Assembly (NCBI GenBank): GCA_035221665.1
Contig: CM069146.1
Location: 15,996,001 to 16,060,000, forward strand
Source: Okamejei kenojei
Lineage: Eukaryota
Length of the DNA stretch: 64,000 bases
Direction of reading: 5' to 3'
Positions 1 to 11,557 of this stretch are shown one piece after another. Within the stretch, counting starts at the first letter, position 1, and the number at the start of each line of letters is the position of its first letter. The notes beneath the pieces are model-generated. The model ran no database searches. It worked only from the letters and a program-made list of their open reading frames with translations, and was not told the DNA's origin. Both the position numbers and the translations under genes were made by a program.

Positions 1-562
1 GCAAGGTTATGAAATTAATGATAAATGAATACAGACTCTTGACAAAAAACAAATTAAGGAAACTCAACCTGAATTAAATTTCATTCATATTGACAAAAAT
101 TAGATTCTTACATTTTGTGGATTACGCTGTGTTATTCAGAATGCATAACAATTTGGAGCAACATTTGGTACACAATGCAGACTTTTAATGATGTTTTGTC
201 AAATTTGAAAATGGTTGTGAACAAATTTACTCCAGTGGTCTAGAACGACTTATCATTTTAAAATCTTCAGCTCCATTGGGTGCCACATACAGTACATTTC
301 CTTTCCGTGCTTCCCACGAGTCATTCCTTCCCCTTGTGTTCCTTGCTCTAAAGGGCATGTCCAGTTGCTCTGCCCACTTCACACCCTTGTTACTGTACCT
401 GCACATTAGCTTCCTGCATATCATGAAGCTGAACACTGAAGTTTATTAGTTTCCCACCATATAAAAGATAAAATGTTTCTATTCTTATCAGCAAAGTGAA
501 TAATGTTTTACCGATGCTGTATTATTCATTCACCCACTCTCCAATTTTAGATTCTGCAGTTA

Positions 563-1541
563 AGGGGCTGTCCCACTGCGGCGACCTAATCTGCGAGTTT
601 AGAAGAGTTTTTCCTCGACTCAAACTCGCAGCATGGTCGGCACGTGGTCCTATGAGGTCACTGGAAATTTTCTTTATGCTCGAGGGACGTTCCCGCATAC
701 TCGCGGCCTCAGTTTGGTCGAGGAAAAATTTTCAGCACGTTGAAACATTTTCCGCGAGTAAAAATATGTCGGCATGGTTCTTTTGAGCTCGTAGTGCAGT
801 GGAGTGGGGTCGTTATGTAGTTATATGCAGTCGAGGTAGCCGTAGGCAATCTCCTTAGCTGACCGGGCATTTTAATTGGCTCATTGGAGTTTTCAGGACC
901 AAGGTAAACCGATCGGTAAGTTAAATGGCTGCTAAACTTTAGTAAAAGTTGTCTGACTTCTCAATAGTGTGTGTGTGTGTCCCCCTTCTTTCCCCCCTTC
1001 CCCCCCTTTTTCCCCCCTTCCCCCCCTCCTCTACCCCTCCCCCCTCTTCCCCCCTTCTTTCCCCCCCCCTCTACCCCTCTTCTTCCCCCCCTTCTTTCCC
1101 CCTTCTCCTCTTCCCCCCCTTCTCCTCTTCCCCCCCTTCTCCCCCTTTCCCCCTTCTCCCCTTCCCCCCTTCTCCTCTTCCCCCCCCTTCTCCTCTTCTT
1201 CCCCCCCTTCTCCTCTTCCCCCCTTCTCCTCTTCCCCCCCTTCTACCCCCCCTTCTCCTCTTCCCCCCCTTCTCCTCTTCCCCCCCTTTCCCCCCTCCTC
1301 TCCACACTCTCTAAAGGACTTACCGTACACTGTGCAGCTGTCTTTTACCTTCCTCTTCATTGAGGTTGTGAATTTCAGACAGCGCTCCCCCGCTTTCCCT
1401 GGCGCTGTGTGTGTGGCCGGTCGATCCAGCTCGCGGTTTCATCGCTGACGGTCGATCCAGCTCGAGATTTTCCAGGCGAGTGCCCTCGTGCTTGAAGGCC
1501 GAAGGCACTTGTTGTAAAGTCGCGTCAGTGGGACAGGCCCT
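563..1541. mobile_element. Non-autonomous PIF/Harbinger-like DNA transposon (MITE)
   Basis: 16-bp TIRs AGGGGCTGTCCCACTG (563-578) and CAGTGGGACAGGCCCT (1526-1541). TTA direct flanks at 560-562 and 1542-1544. No transposase. Confidence 0.75.
980..1303. repeat. C/T-rich low-complexity tract
   Basis: About 320 nt of almost pure pyrimidine with a recurring cccccccttctcctctt unit. Source of the Pro/Ser/Gly-rich ORFs in the track. Confidence 0.95.
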
Positions 1542-3177
1542 TTATGGAGAAAAAAATAATCATGCACAGTTAGGCAAAGACTCGGGGGAATTACTGACTC
1601 ATAAAAGCAAACAAGCAGGCAAGTCTGAGAGAGCTTGGTGGCCCATAGTTTACTAATAGTTCCAGCATTCAATTTATGCTCTATATTATAAACTTGTTAG
1701 GTTATAGAGATTAGAAAACCGTAATGGAGCATTCGGTCTAATTACTGTTTGTTGTATTTATGCAGCAGATAAACCTCCTTCCACTGATTGCTTAATTCAT
1801 TTCTAATCTTTGCTCTTGCTTATTTTATCAGCATGCTTTTAGCAAGGCCTTTTTTTAAACATTTACAAGTTTCCCATTCTGATCTCTCATGGGATAAGGA
1901 GTTTTTCTTGGGTGTCTGTTTTGACAATGACCAATTTAGATTTATAAGCCCTAGTTTTGTTTTCCTCCACAAGTTAAAATAGCTTCCATGTGTCAATACT
2001 ATAAAATCCCTTTAGCAGCATTAAAATGGTAGGATTAGGCAAAAAGGGAAACGTTTGTCAGACTCTGAGAGAGAATACCCCAGGAAGCTGGGAAGAGTAT
2101 TGAGTGTTGGAGTGCAATTGAAAGGAAAGCAAAGAAAGGGTATGGGGGCTGCCTTGGGAAGATTAGGGTGATTGATGGGCTGCCAATTAAGCAAAGGCAG
2201 CTTTGTACTGGATGGTGTTGAGCTTCCTGAGAGTTGTTGGTGCTGCACCTGTCCTGGCAAGTAGAGAAGTGGAGCATTTAACAGGTCACCGATAGTAGGC
2301 GAGTAGCAAAGCGTACAGTTATGAAATTCCTCTTGAGAAAGGAATTACTGCAAGAAACATGTTTTTTTTCACTGAAGCTGTTTAGGCTAAAGTTAAAGGC
2401 AATCTCGAAGAAATGTAATTAAATCATTCATTCACCATTGCACGCCTGCTGCCTGGTTTACCTAGCAGCCACAAGATACCTTCAATGCATGACAATGTTC
2501 TCCTCAATGCACATCCATCAATGCGATGTTTCAAGCTGAAAAAAGTTGAATTGTGCAAACCTTTTATCATTTCTTCCTCTTGCCACCCCGACCTGAAAAT
2601 GAATTTAATGCCTGAAAGAAAGTTTTTCATGTGTTGCTTTGATGTTGATCTGTATTCTTCATTTGTCCCGCAATACCTTGGGGTTGTGTTTTGGATTTGG
2701 ATTTTGAGAGTGAATGTTTTGCAACCCATTCACTTTACTTGAGCAGTAATGTGCTTAAAAATGATTGAAGCATAATCAGGCACGTTTCCATCACGTGTGC
2801 GTTATTACAGTGTTTTAATCTTTTGTCAACCTCGCGTTTTGTGGCTGTATATCAGGAGATCCACCTTGGGTATGTGCTGGATAATTATGCCAAAGAAAGA
2901 GTCTCAATTACATTCTCATTGCCCTGTCGATATCTGAAGTTCTATTTATTTCTTCACGTCACACTCCTCTTGCATCAGCACAGGAGCTTCAGTTAACTCC
3001 AGCATGTGATAAACCTTATGGAAGGAATTTAGGTTGAACCCAAAAATGAAGTTTATTTAAAGAACACCAGGTTTCTTTTTGAAACTCTCCAATAAAACAA
3101 TACTTTCATCAACCTTAGAACAGGACAGGAACAGGCCTTTTGGCCAACAATCAAAGCCAACCTTGGTAAATGTACAA

Positions 3178-3679
3178 AAATAGACCATAGGTGCAGGAGT
3201 AGGCCATTCGGCCCTTCGTGCCAGCATCGCCATTCAATGTGATCATGGCTGATCATCCACAATCAGTACCCCGTTCCCGCCTTCTCCCCATATTCCCTGA
3301 CTGCTATTTTTAAGAGCCCTATCTAGTTCTCTCTTGAAAGTATCCAGAGAACCGGCCTCCACCACCCTCTGAGGGAGAGAATTCCACAGGCTCACAACTC
3401 TCTGTGAGAAAAGGTGTTTTCTCGTCTCCATTCTAAGTGGCTTACCCCTTATTCTTAAACTGTGGCCCCTGGTTCGGGACTCTCCCAACATCGGGAACAT
3501 ATTTCCTGCCTCCAGCGTGTCAAAACCCTTAACAATCTTATATGTTTCAATAAGATCCCCTCTCATCATACTAAACTCCATAGTATACAAGCCCAGCCGC
3601 TCCATTCTCGCAGCATACGACAGTCCCGCCATCCCAGGAATTAACCTTGTAAACCTATGCTGCACTCCCTCAATAGCAA
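3178..3679 (-). mobile_element. CR1-like LINE 3' fragment
   Basis: ORF2 C-terminus AIEGVQHRFTRLIPGM...RGDLIETYKI...TRGHSLRI...FSQRVVSLWNSLP, plus the 3' tail gaagggccgaatggcctactcctgcacct. Confidence 0.9.
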
Positions 3680-3949
3680 AAAAAATTCTATTCTTATTGT
3701 GTGGAGGTGAATGACAGAACACAGATTTTTTTGTCATTCGAATGAGAATTCTGTAGTGATCATCCTGTGTAAGCAAGGGCTTGAATTTGCCAGCAAGTAT
3801 ACTTACATCCTTTTGCAAATTATTTGAATCATGGGATGATTTTGCTATTTTTTCAAATGATGATTTTCTATGTCCACCATATGCTCTTGTATTTTTCTGA
3901 AAAGGTATAAATCTCTCCGAAAGAGTTCTTCTGTTCATTTTTCATTCTC

Positions 3950-4847
3950 CGGATATTCATTCCAAAGCACAAGCGCCATGTGCCGATGCCTCATAGAAGT
4001 TGTTTCGGCTATACGATCGACTTCAAACTGCTGCGATGAAGAAGAAATGATACCAATGGGCCTTAGAATATAAAGGTTGGGACATCTGAGTTCAGGAGAA
4101 AGGTGTAATTCAGTGATGAAAGCCATTCCCTGGTTCAGGACCAACGTAGCCATGTTTGGAGAGCCGGTGAGAAATGCCATATCCACCAGTTTGTCAAACA
4201 TCCTGAAAAGATGACAGCTGGATTTACTCAGCAGGTCAGGCAGCATCTCTGCAGAACGTGGACTGGTGACCTTTGGGGGTCAGGACCCTTTGAAATCATG
4301 AAAAGAAGATATTCTGGGGTTGTTTCAGTGACTGTTGTGTTGAGTTGCTGCACCCAATTGAGGGATGATGACATTGCTGCAATATATCGAAGTGTTGCAG
4401 AGACGAGTAGTGCCAGAGATAGCGAGGACTTTTCCAGATCTGGGATATTCCAACAAGACCTTGCATCAGCGACGCATCAAAGATGGTGACCCAATTTTTC
4501 CAGCAAGGGGATATGTGTCTTGGACTGATAACTTGCCTGATCAGAATCGGATTGCAAATTTGTAGTCATTTATCAAGGAGAGACTACAAGGAAAGGACTG
4601 TTCCATGAGACAGAAGTTCATTGAGGCCATAATTCAGCTGTGGTATTGAGATGAAAAAATTCCTGCGGAATTGCAAACTCTCAGAATTTGGTCGATTCCA
4701 TGCCAAATCGTGTCAAGGTCTTGATAAAAACCATGATGGACATATGATGTACTAAAGATATAATGGTGCGGTGATAATGAATAAAAGGTAGCAATGCAAA
4801 GTGTATTTTGGCGTGTTATTCTTGATTCAATTAATTGTGCACAGATA
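3950..4847 (+). mobile_element. Degenerate Tc1-like transposase fossil and 3' end
   Basis: Frameshifted motifs FSDESH, VKHP, IFWGCFS, QYIEVLQRRVVPE, GIFQQDLA, PDQNRIANL (cf. SPDLNPIENLW) and LVDSMPNRV. Ends at a (TA)n run. Interrupted by a Penelope-derived piece at about 4212-4297. Confidence 0.8.
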
Positions 4848-4869
4848 TATATATATATATATATATATA
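4846..4869. repeat. (TA)n microsatellite
   Basis: About 12 AT/TA units at the end of the Tc1 fossil. Confidence 0.9.
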
Positions 4870-7181
4870 AGCCGAAATCTTTAGCAAGCTAAAAATTGAT
4901 TAATCTTTAGCTGTAATTTGTTTATGTGGATTATGTAGTGTTTTGCAGAAGAAATTATCTTTGCATTTGGCATGTGTGATGATGAAGTTTGTTGAATCTC
5001 AACTGGTGTCTATCTGTTTCTGTGGTGAGCATTTATCTTTTGACAAATCCATTGCGCAGACACCCTGAAAGTTGTTACAAAACAATTTGGCTGGATAAAA
5101 ACCAGATATGCCCGCTTACACTGTTCATACAAACAGGTCTTTTGGTGTATATAATTAGCGATGAGGTTTTTAAAGTGATTGGATATCTTGTAAATGGAAC
5201 CACTTACTTTCTATCTTCTCACCATTACAAAAAAATGGCTGCATTTAACATTTTGTGGTGACGTTATGGTACTTGCGACCTTTTTTACAGAGCTGAATCA
5301 AATACTGCATTATTCTATCCATGCACGGCATGCTAACAACTAAACCTTTTAGATTATTTTGCTAATGGTATCAGAATTTCAAAGGATGTTGGTAATAGTA
5401 ATGGATAACGCTCCTTGTGAATTTCATTAAATATTAACCGCTCATAGAATTGGTAAAGGTTGAGAGGCAGCTTGAAAGATTTGAGGGAGATAAGGCATGC
5501 ATCATTATGTTCCTAACTGATAATTTAAGGTATTAGTGCTTAAGTTCTTTTTGTGTCTTTGGTTGAGGAATTACTATCGTCCAAGACATGACTGCTCTGC
5601 TTTTCGGAAGAGCCTTCCCATCTTTTATGCCAGCCTGAAAAAAAAACCTTTCTACATCATTCTCATCTGAAATACTGCTTGCTCCTTTTATTTTAAATAT
5701 GTACTTTGGAAGGTGTGTGTACATGATGGGCTTATGGGGTAAGTGAGAGGGTTGATAAGAGCTGACGTTATTGAAATGAAGGGTGTGTGAGAGCAAGTGG
5801 GTGGATCAGAAGAACGGAGAAAGGATCAACAAAAGCAGGTTAGCGGAAATCAAAGGTGATATTCATGCCATTGGTTTGTAGACTACTCTGGCAGAATATG
5901 AGATGTTGTTCCTCCAGCTTAGAATTAATTATTTTAATTGAACACATGTGGAAATATATTTGTTTCACCTGGAAGGATGTGTTGATAACTGTATGCCTCT
6001 CTCATGATTTATTAGATATTTTCACTCATCAAGTTCCCCTGCCTTATTATAGTGCACTCAGTGGTGCAGGTTTACCAGATTATTTGCTGCCATCTACTGG
6101 TGGTTCATAATAAATCATGCAATTGCCTACGTATGCGATTGAATGACCCAGAGGAAACGAGGAAAAAAGGTTGGTTTACAAAAAAAAGACACAAAGTTTT
6201 GGTGTAGCTCAGAAGGGTGGGCGGAAGGAAGTTTAATAATCACTTTTTAAAAGGGAATTGGATATATTTAAAAAGGAAGGGAAAAAATGCAAATTTATCA
6301 GGAATGAGGAAAGGGACAGATTCTGAGATGAATACTTATGTCAGAAAGCCAACATGATGGGTCAAACATTGCGCCTTTTATGTCATCTACCATTACATAG
6401 GAATTGAAAGGAAAGTCATTACCCAGTTAGTGATATAATAGCACATGTTATCTTGGAGAGTGATTGAAGTAAATAATAAGATGCATCTAAGGCGAGGCTG
6501 GACAAGATACAGGGAAAAAGGAAACAAAGGGTTTACGGTGGGTGAAAGGAAAGACTTTGTTCTGCAGAACTTAAACCAAGTGAGGCAGTACGTAGGTTTA
6601 ATGCGATCAAGGCGAGCTTGGAGACTTTTAAAGCAAAACGAAACATTAAAAAAAAAAAAATTCTCAATTGTTTCCTGTGGAATTGCAAGCTTGGCGTCAA
6701 GGCAACCACAACCAGATGGAGAAGTAAGGAGGGGGGGTGGTAGGAGGGTCTGGTTCACACCAGTGGCATTTTAGACTGTGCTTGTGGGAAGTAAATTGTC
6801 CTTGGTGTGTCAGACAGCGCTAGTGTACGGGGATCGCTGGTCGGTGCAGACTCGGTGGGCCGAAGGGCCTGTTTCTGTGCTGTATCTCTAAAGTAAACTA
6901 AGCCTCCCTTTGCCAGAGAGTCCCATAAAGGCATTACTTAAACTGGTGCATTGGCCTGAACTTGGAAAGTAGTGGTTCTGTAATGTTTCAATACTGTGCA
7001 TATTGCACAAGCAGGACTGCAAACAGTGGTTGAAATTCCAATGAGTAATAGAGTGGAAATGGCATGAAGCAATTTTAGTGATGGAAAAGATATTGTGTCC
7101 AAACTTCAGTTTAAGTTTCTTGTGTAAATGTCGGAGAGCAGTTGGGTTTAGAATTAGACACTGATCATAAGATCACAAGAC

Positions 7182-7347
7182 GGGTACAAAATGCGGGAGT
7201 AACTCAGCAGGTCAGGCAGCATCTCTGGAGAGAAGGAATGGGTGTCGTTTCGGGTTGAGACCCTTCTTCAGACTGTTCCGCTGAGTCACTCCAGCATTTT
7301 GTGTCTATCTTTGGTTTAAACCGGAATCTGCAGTTTCTTCCTACACA
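7182..7347. mobile_element. Short Penelope-derived insertion with inverted arms
   Basis: Family motif ...gagtaactcagcaggtcaggcagcatctctggag. Direct repeat taagatcacaagac at 7168-7181 and 7348-7361. Confidence 0.8.
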
Positions 7348-7598
7348 TAAGATCACAAGACATTAGGGCAGAATTAGGCCATTCGGCCCATCAAGTCTGC
7401 TCCGCTATTCGATTGTGGCTAATCTATTTTTCCCGCTCAACCCTATTCTGCCTTCTCCCTGTAACATTTGACACCCTTACTACTAATCAAGAAGGTATAA
7501 TTTTCCAATAGTATTTGATAAAGAGTTTGGAACTGGTTGGTAAGTTTTGAAAGATTTGATGTTTCTCATGGAGGTTGAATAAATGGCCTCAGCCTTAA

Positions 7599-7820
7599 CT
7601 GGTCCCCATCCTCTTGGACTCACCCAGATGGCTCTCTACCCTCTTTACACCTTTTTATTTCCAACTGTTGGCGGGACATCAACCGTCTTAAAAAAAGAAG
7701 GGTCTCGACCCAAAACGTCACCCATTCCTTCTCTCCAGAGATGCTGCCTGTCCAGCTGAGTTACTACAGCATTTTGTGTCTACCTTCGATTTAAACCAGC
7801 ATCTGCAGTTCTTTCCGACA
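7599..7820 (+). mobile_element. Penelope-derived insertion with an unrelated 5' segment
   Basis: Family 3' end from about 7695. Near-identical 15-bp flanks tggcctcagccttaa (7584-7598) and tagcctcagctttaa (7821-7835). Confidence 0.7.
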
Positions 7821-9166
7821 TAGCCTCAGCTTTAATTTGAGTGGAAAAATGTCTTGCTCTCCCAGTGGTGCGTGTTGGACAGTCGTTGTGACAGATTAGT
7901 GGCAGTGGAATAATTGGCAGATGCGATGATCAGGTGGAGTTGGATATTCGTGTGGAATCTAACTGTCCAGATTATGCTGGTAAGTGCTTGAGTCCCGAAC
8001 ATTTACCTATTTAGACATCAGCAGTCTGGTGTCTTTCACGCACATCAATTCATTACACCAGTCCCTTCTGCTGCTTGTTTTGATGTGGCACTAAGTCATG
8101 TAGATTAATCTTGCTGAGATTCCCCCAGCTTTTACTCTGAAGAATTGAACAGTTGGAATGCAAATAAGAAATAATGTTAAATTATTTATAAGCCATTGGG
8201 TGCTTTAAATTTTTTTTTTTTTTTTTGTAAAGCCATGCATGTCATTTTTTATATTTCTGAATGTTAGAAACATTGACCGTTGCAGAACCTGTTAGCTTTT
8301 ACTGCCGGCAGAATTTTAAGGGGCACTTTAGGGTGCTGCCTCAGTGCACTGCTGAAGGTCCTACTGCTACTTAAGCCACAACCATGGATTCTAGGACACT
8401 CTGAGCCTGCCGCATTTGGACAGGGTTGGGGCTGTGTGAGTGTGTGGGGGGGATGGTGGTGATGTTAGGGCAATAGCAGAATGCAGGAAACATGACGATG
8501 ATCTCGGGGTATTCATCTATGAGGTCCTGAAGTAGCAGCTTCTGAGAATTGCAGATCTGTACAGCCTAATCTTAAAATAGACCACTGCCCCTGCATGTAT
8601 TGGCACAAACGTGTTGTGGTGGGTGACAGGCTGCAAGGTGAAGAAACCTTCATTGAAATGGGATATTGTGCTCAGTATGGAAAAGGGGGCATTTCTTTGT
8701 AATGTTATTGCCCTCTGGTGGTGTGATATAGAAATTGCTTTGGAAAGCAATGAATCGTTTTCTATTTAATCACTCTGTACTTGCTGTATACCATGCAGCA
8801 GAGGCAAATGATGTGTTATTTTGTGTACCTTTTAATAATTGACCATTGTCATTCTGTGCTCTATAATCAATGCAATTCTGTGCCTTTTCATAATTTTATG
8901 TAATTCCACAAACAAATTACGGACATAAAATACTTTTAAATATAGGCCCCATTGTAATATTCTCAAGCTCTTATCTCCAATGTGTGTGCAGTCAAGTCCA
9001 GATCGTTTTTTTATGGTTCTAATGCTTTGATAAATATTGGCCTGGACTAGTTTGAGTGGTTACATGACTTTCGCCAAACTAAACCGATATATTACCCCCA
9101 AAGATAGACACAAAGTGCTGGAGTAACTCAGCGGGTCAGGCAGCATCTCTGGAGAAAAAGGATCGG

Positions 9167-9194
9167 GACGTTTCGGGTCAGGACCCTTCTTCAG
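9167..9194 (-). ncRNA. Minimal hammerhead ribozyme-like core in a Penelope-derived repeat
   Basis: Minus strand reads CTGAAGA-A-GGGTC-CT-GACCC-GAAAC-GTC: CUGANGA box, stem II, GAAA box and GUC triplet. Stems I and III are minimal. Activity untested. Confidence 0.6.
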
Positions 9195-9658
9195 ACTGAA
9201 GCCCGAAATGTCACCCATCTTTTTTGCTGTTCTGCTGTTCATTTTGATGGCACCAAGTCCTGTCGATGAATCTTGCTGAGATTTCCCCAGCATTGACTTC
9301 AAAGAGGACAGTTCCAATAGCACACTACATTGTGATATTCGGCTAAAGTGCATGGCTGTCTGATATTTTAACCCACAAACAAGGTACTATTACTGAATAA
9401 AAGCAAAAAAAGTTGCACATTAGTGTGACTTTGCAGGAAGATAGACACACAATGCTGGAGTAACTCAGCAGGTCAGGCAGCATCTCTGGAGAAAAGAAAT
9501 AGGTGACGTTTCGGGTCGAGACCCTCGGTACAGTTTGATACTAAAAGGAAGAAGAGAACATTTTTATTTGATTTGTAAAAGATCCAAGTAAACAAAAGCT
9601 ACATCAGTAAAACTAGAGAACTAATTTTGTTTTGGTTTTGGCTTCATTTTTTTTTTAG

Positions 9659-9764
9659 CCCAGAGTCAGTGGAAGCTAGCCCTGCGGTTGCTGAGAAGAA
9701 CAGCTATGCAAATCACAACTATGGAAGTGCACAACATCATGGGTACCGAGGTCTGCCATATGCG
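9659..9764 (+). CDS. SETD5: SETD5 coding exon A (first coding exon in the window)
   Basis: Acceptor ttttttag| and donor GCG|gtgagt. Encodes [35 protein letters not shown], matching the SETD5 N-terminus ([10 protein letters not shown]...HNYG...GLPYA). 106 nt, phase 2 to 0. Confidence 0.95.
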
Positions 9765-10262
9765 GTGAGTAATCAAGCCCTGTTTCACCAGCAACTATGC
9801 CATGTGTACATTCTGTTCTGACAGGTTTAAATCAAAATGGCATGCACCTGAAAGAGTAATTTCCTCCAAATAGCCATATTAGTCCTTGAACTTACAACTA
9901 TTATATAGTTAACCTTGTGTGCGATTACTGGAAAGATTTACGGGTATGAACCAGCCATGTGGATTATTTAAAAAAAAAAAAGAAAATGAGTAGAAATTAT
10001 GGACAGTTTGTGGGCAGCAATATTTGGTAAGATACTGTTTTAGTATTTTTGTCTGTTTCTGTTTGCTATGTACTGTAACAATCTGAGACGAGGCTTAAAA
10101 AGGATGCAAATTAAATTAGCTGATTCAGCTTAAATGGCAGACGTACCAAATAATTCTGAGATCATTAAGACATCAGATAAGCTGAAATGGACGAAAATGT
10201 GGTGAAGCAGTTGAATATCAGTTAATCACATTTGGAGGAATAAACAAAATGTGTAGGAAAGA

Positions 10263-11140
10263 TCAATAGTCAATGGTTAATTTTATTCATCACATAAACC
10301 CAAAGGTGCAGTGAAATGAATTTGCCAGCAGCAGTACAATTTTAAAAAAGAATATACAATAAGAGTTAACACTAACATCCACCACAGCATTCTTCACTAT
10401 GGTGGAAGGCACAAAGTTCAGTCAGTCCTCCTTGTTCACCCGTGGTCGGGGCCATAAACCTCCGCAGCTACGGACAGCCAGATGTACAGGCCCTCTCGTC
10501 GGGACGGTCGAACACGCTCCATGGCTTGGAGGTCCCGAATCGGCTTCAGGGTGTTGTAGGCCGGCGGTCGGAGCTCTTCTCTGGCTATCCTCGGCGAGGG
10601 ATCCCGCTTCAGATGGTAAGTCCACGCCGCGCCAGCGGCTAGAAGCTCCGCAGACCGCAGCTTCAGGATGTTAAAGGCCACGGGCTGGCGGTCGGAGCTC
10701 TGCTCCAGGGATCTCTGATGAGGGATCCCAGGCTCCGGACGCCGCGCCCGCGGCTAGAAACTCCGCAGACCGCGGCTTCAGGATGTAACAGTTCGCGGGC
10801 CAGTGATCGGAGCACTCCCTTCTGGCGACACCCAGCAAGGGCTCGCCTGCTCCGCAATGAAAAGGCCACGCTGCGCCCGCTGCTGAAACTCCGGGAAAGG
10901 CCGCTCCAATCCGTGGTGTTAGGCAGCGAGTGAGGCGACATGGAAAAACGTGGTCTCTCAGTGGAGGAGGCAACCAAAAGCAGTTTCCCCCCCTTTTCCC
11001 CACCTCACCACCCCCCACACAAGACACACCGAGAGACATTAAAACAAACATTTGGACACATTAAAAACATTTTTTTTAAAAAGTAGAAATAACGAACATG
11101 CTGATGGCAGGGCAGCCGTCTCGCAGTGCCCTCACCGACC
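10263..11140 (-). mobile_element. GC-rich non-coding SINE/LINE-tail-like element nested in a Penelope-derived repeat
   Basis: Minus-strand tail ...gcaaattcatttcactgcacc...gaataaaattaaccattgactattga. Splits the motif tgtgtaggaaaga|actgcagatg with aaaga duplicated. Internal tandem units of about 117 bp at 10540-10815. Confidence 0.6.
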
Positions 11141-11302
11141 AAAGAACTGCAGATGATTTTTTAAATCGAAGGTAGACACAAATTGCTGGAGTAATTCAGC
11201 GGGACAGGCAGCATCTCTGGAGAAGGAGTGGGTGACGTTTCATGTCGAGAACCTTCTTCAGTCTGAAGAAGGGTCTCGACCGGAAACGTCACCCATTCCT
11301 TT
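11141..11302. mobile_element. Penelope-derived palindromic repeat with a hammerhead-like core (11263-11290, +)
   Basis: Inverted arms centred near 11260. Core CTGAAGAAGGGTCTCGACCGGAAACGTC. Confidence 0.75.
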
Positions 11303-11557
11303 GGGACTACTTTTGGTGGAATAAGGCTAGCTAAATAGCTTGGAAACGTGGTGGAATTTATAAATTCATATTCACAAGACATTAAAAATAATGCCTCGGT
11401 GTGGATTTTGTAATGGATGAAAGCTAAAGGAATATTGTGATTTATGGAAAGAGTTATTTAATATTAAAGTTGACTTGTAACTATGTCAGTGTAAAACATA
11501 AATAAAACGTATAGTGAGTATTTTGTGCGGCTTTGGGATATGAGCATATTGTACCAT

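Noticed and set aside
949-1448. Pro/Ser/Phe-rich and Gly/Glu/Lys-rich ORFs on both strands
   Set aside because: They are translations of the C/T low-complexity tract, which lacks stop codons by composition.
3243-3938. 231-aa minus-strand ORF, the longest in the track
   Set aside because: Chance fusion of a CR1 ORF2 C-terminus with unrelated flanking sequence; not a gene.
1-9658. First coding exon (MSI.IPLG...) or promoter of SETD5
   Set aside because: I found no matching sequence and no non-TE CpG island; it is presumably upstream of the window.
10540-10815. Repeat-spacer-like pattern resembling a CRISPR array
   Set aside because: Eukaryotic context, and the whole unit of about 117 bp is duplicated, so it is a tandem repeat inside a TE.
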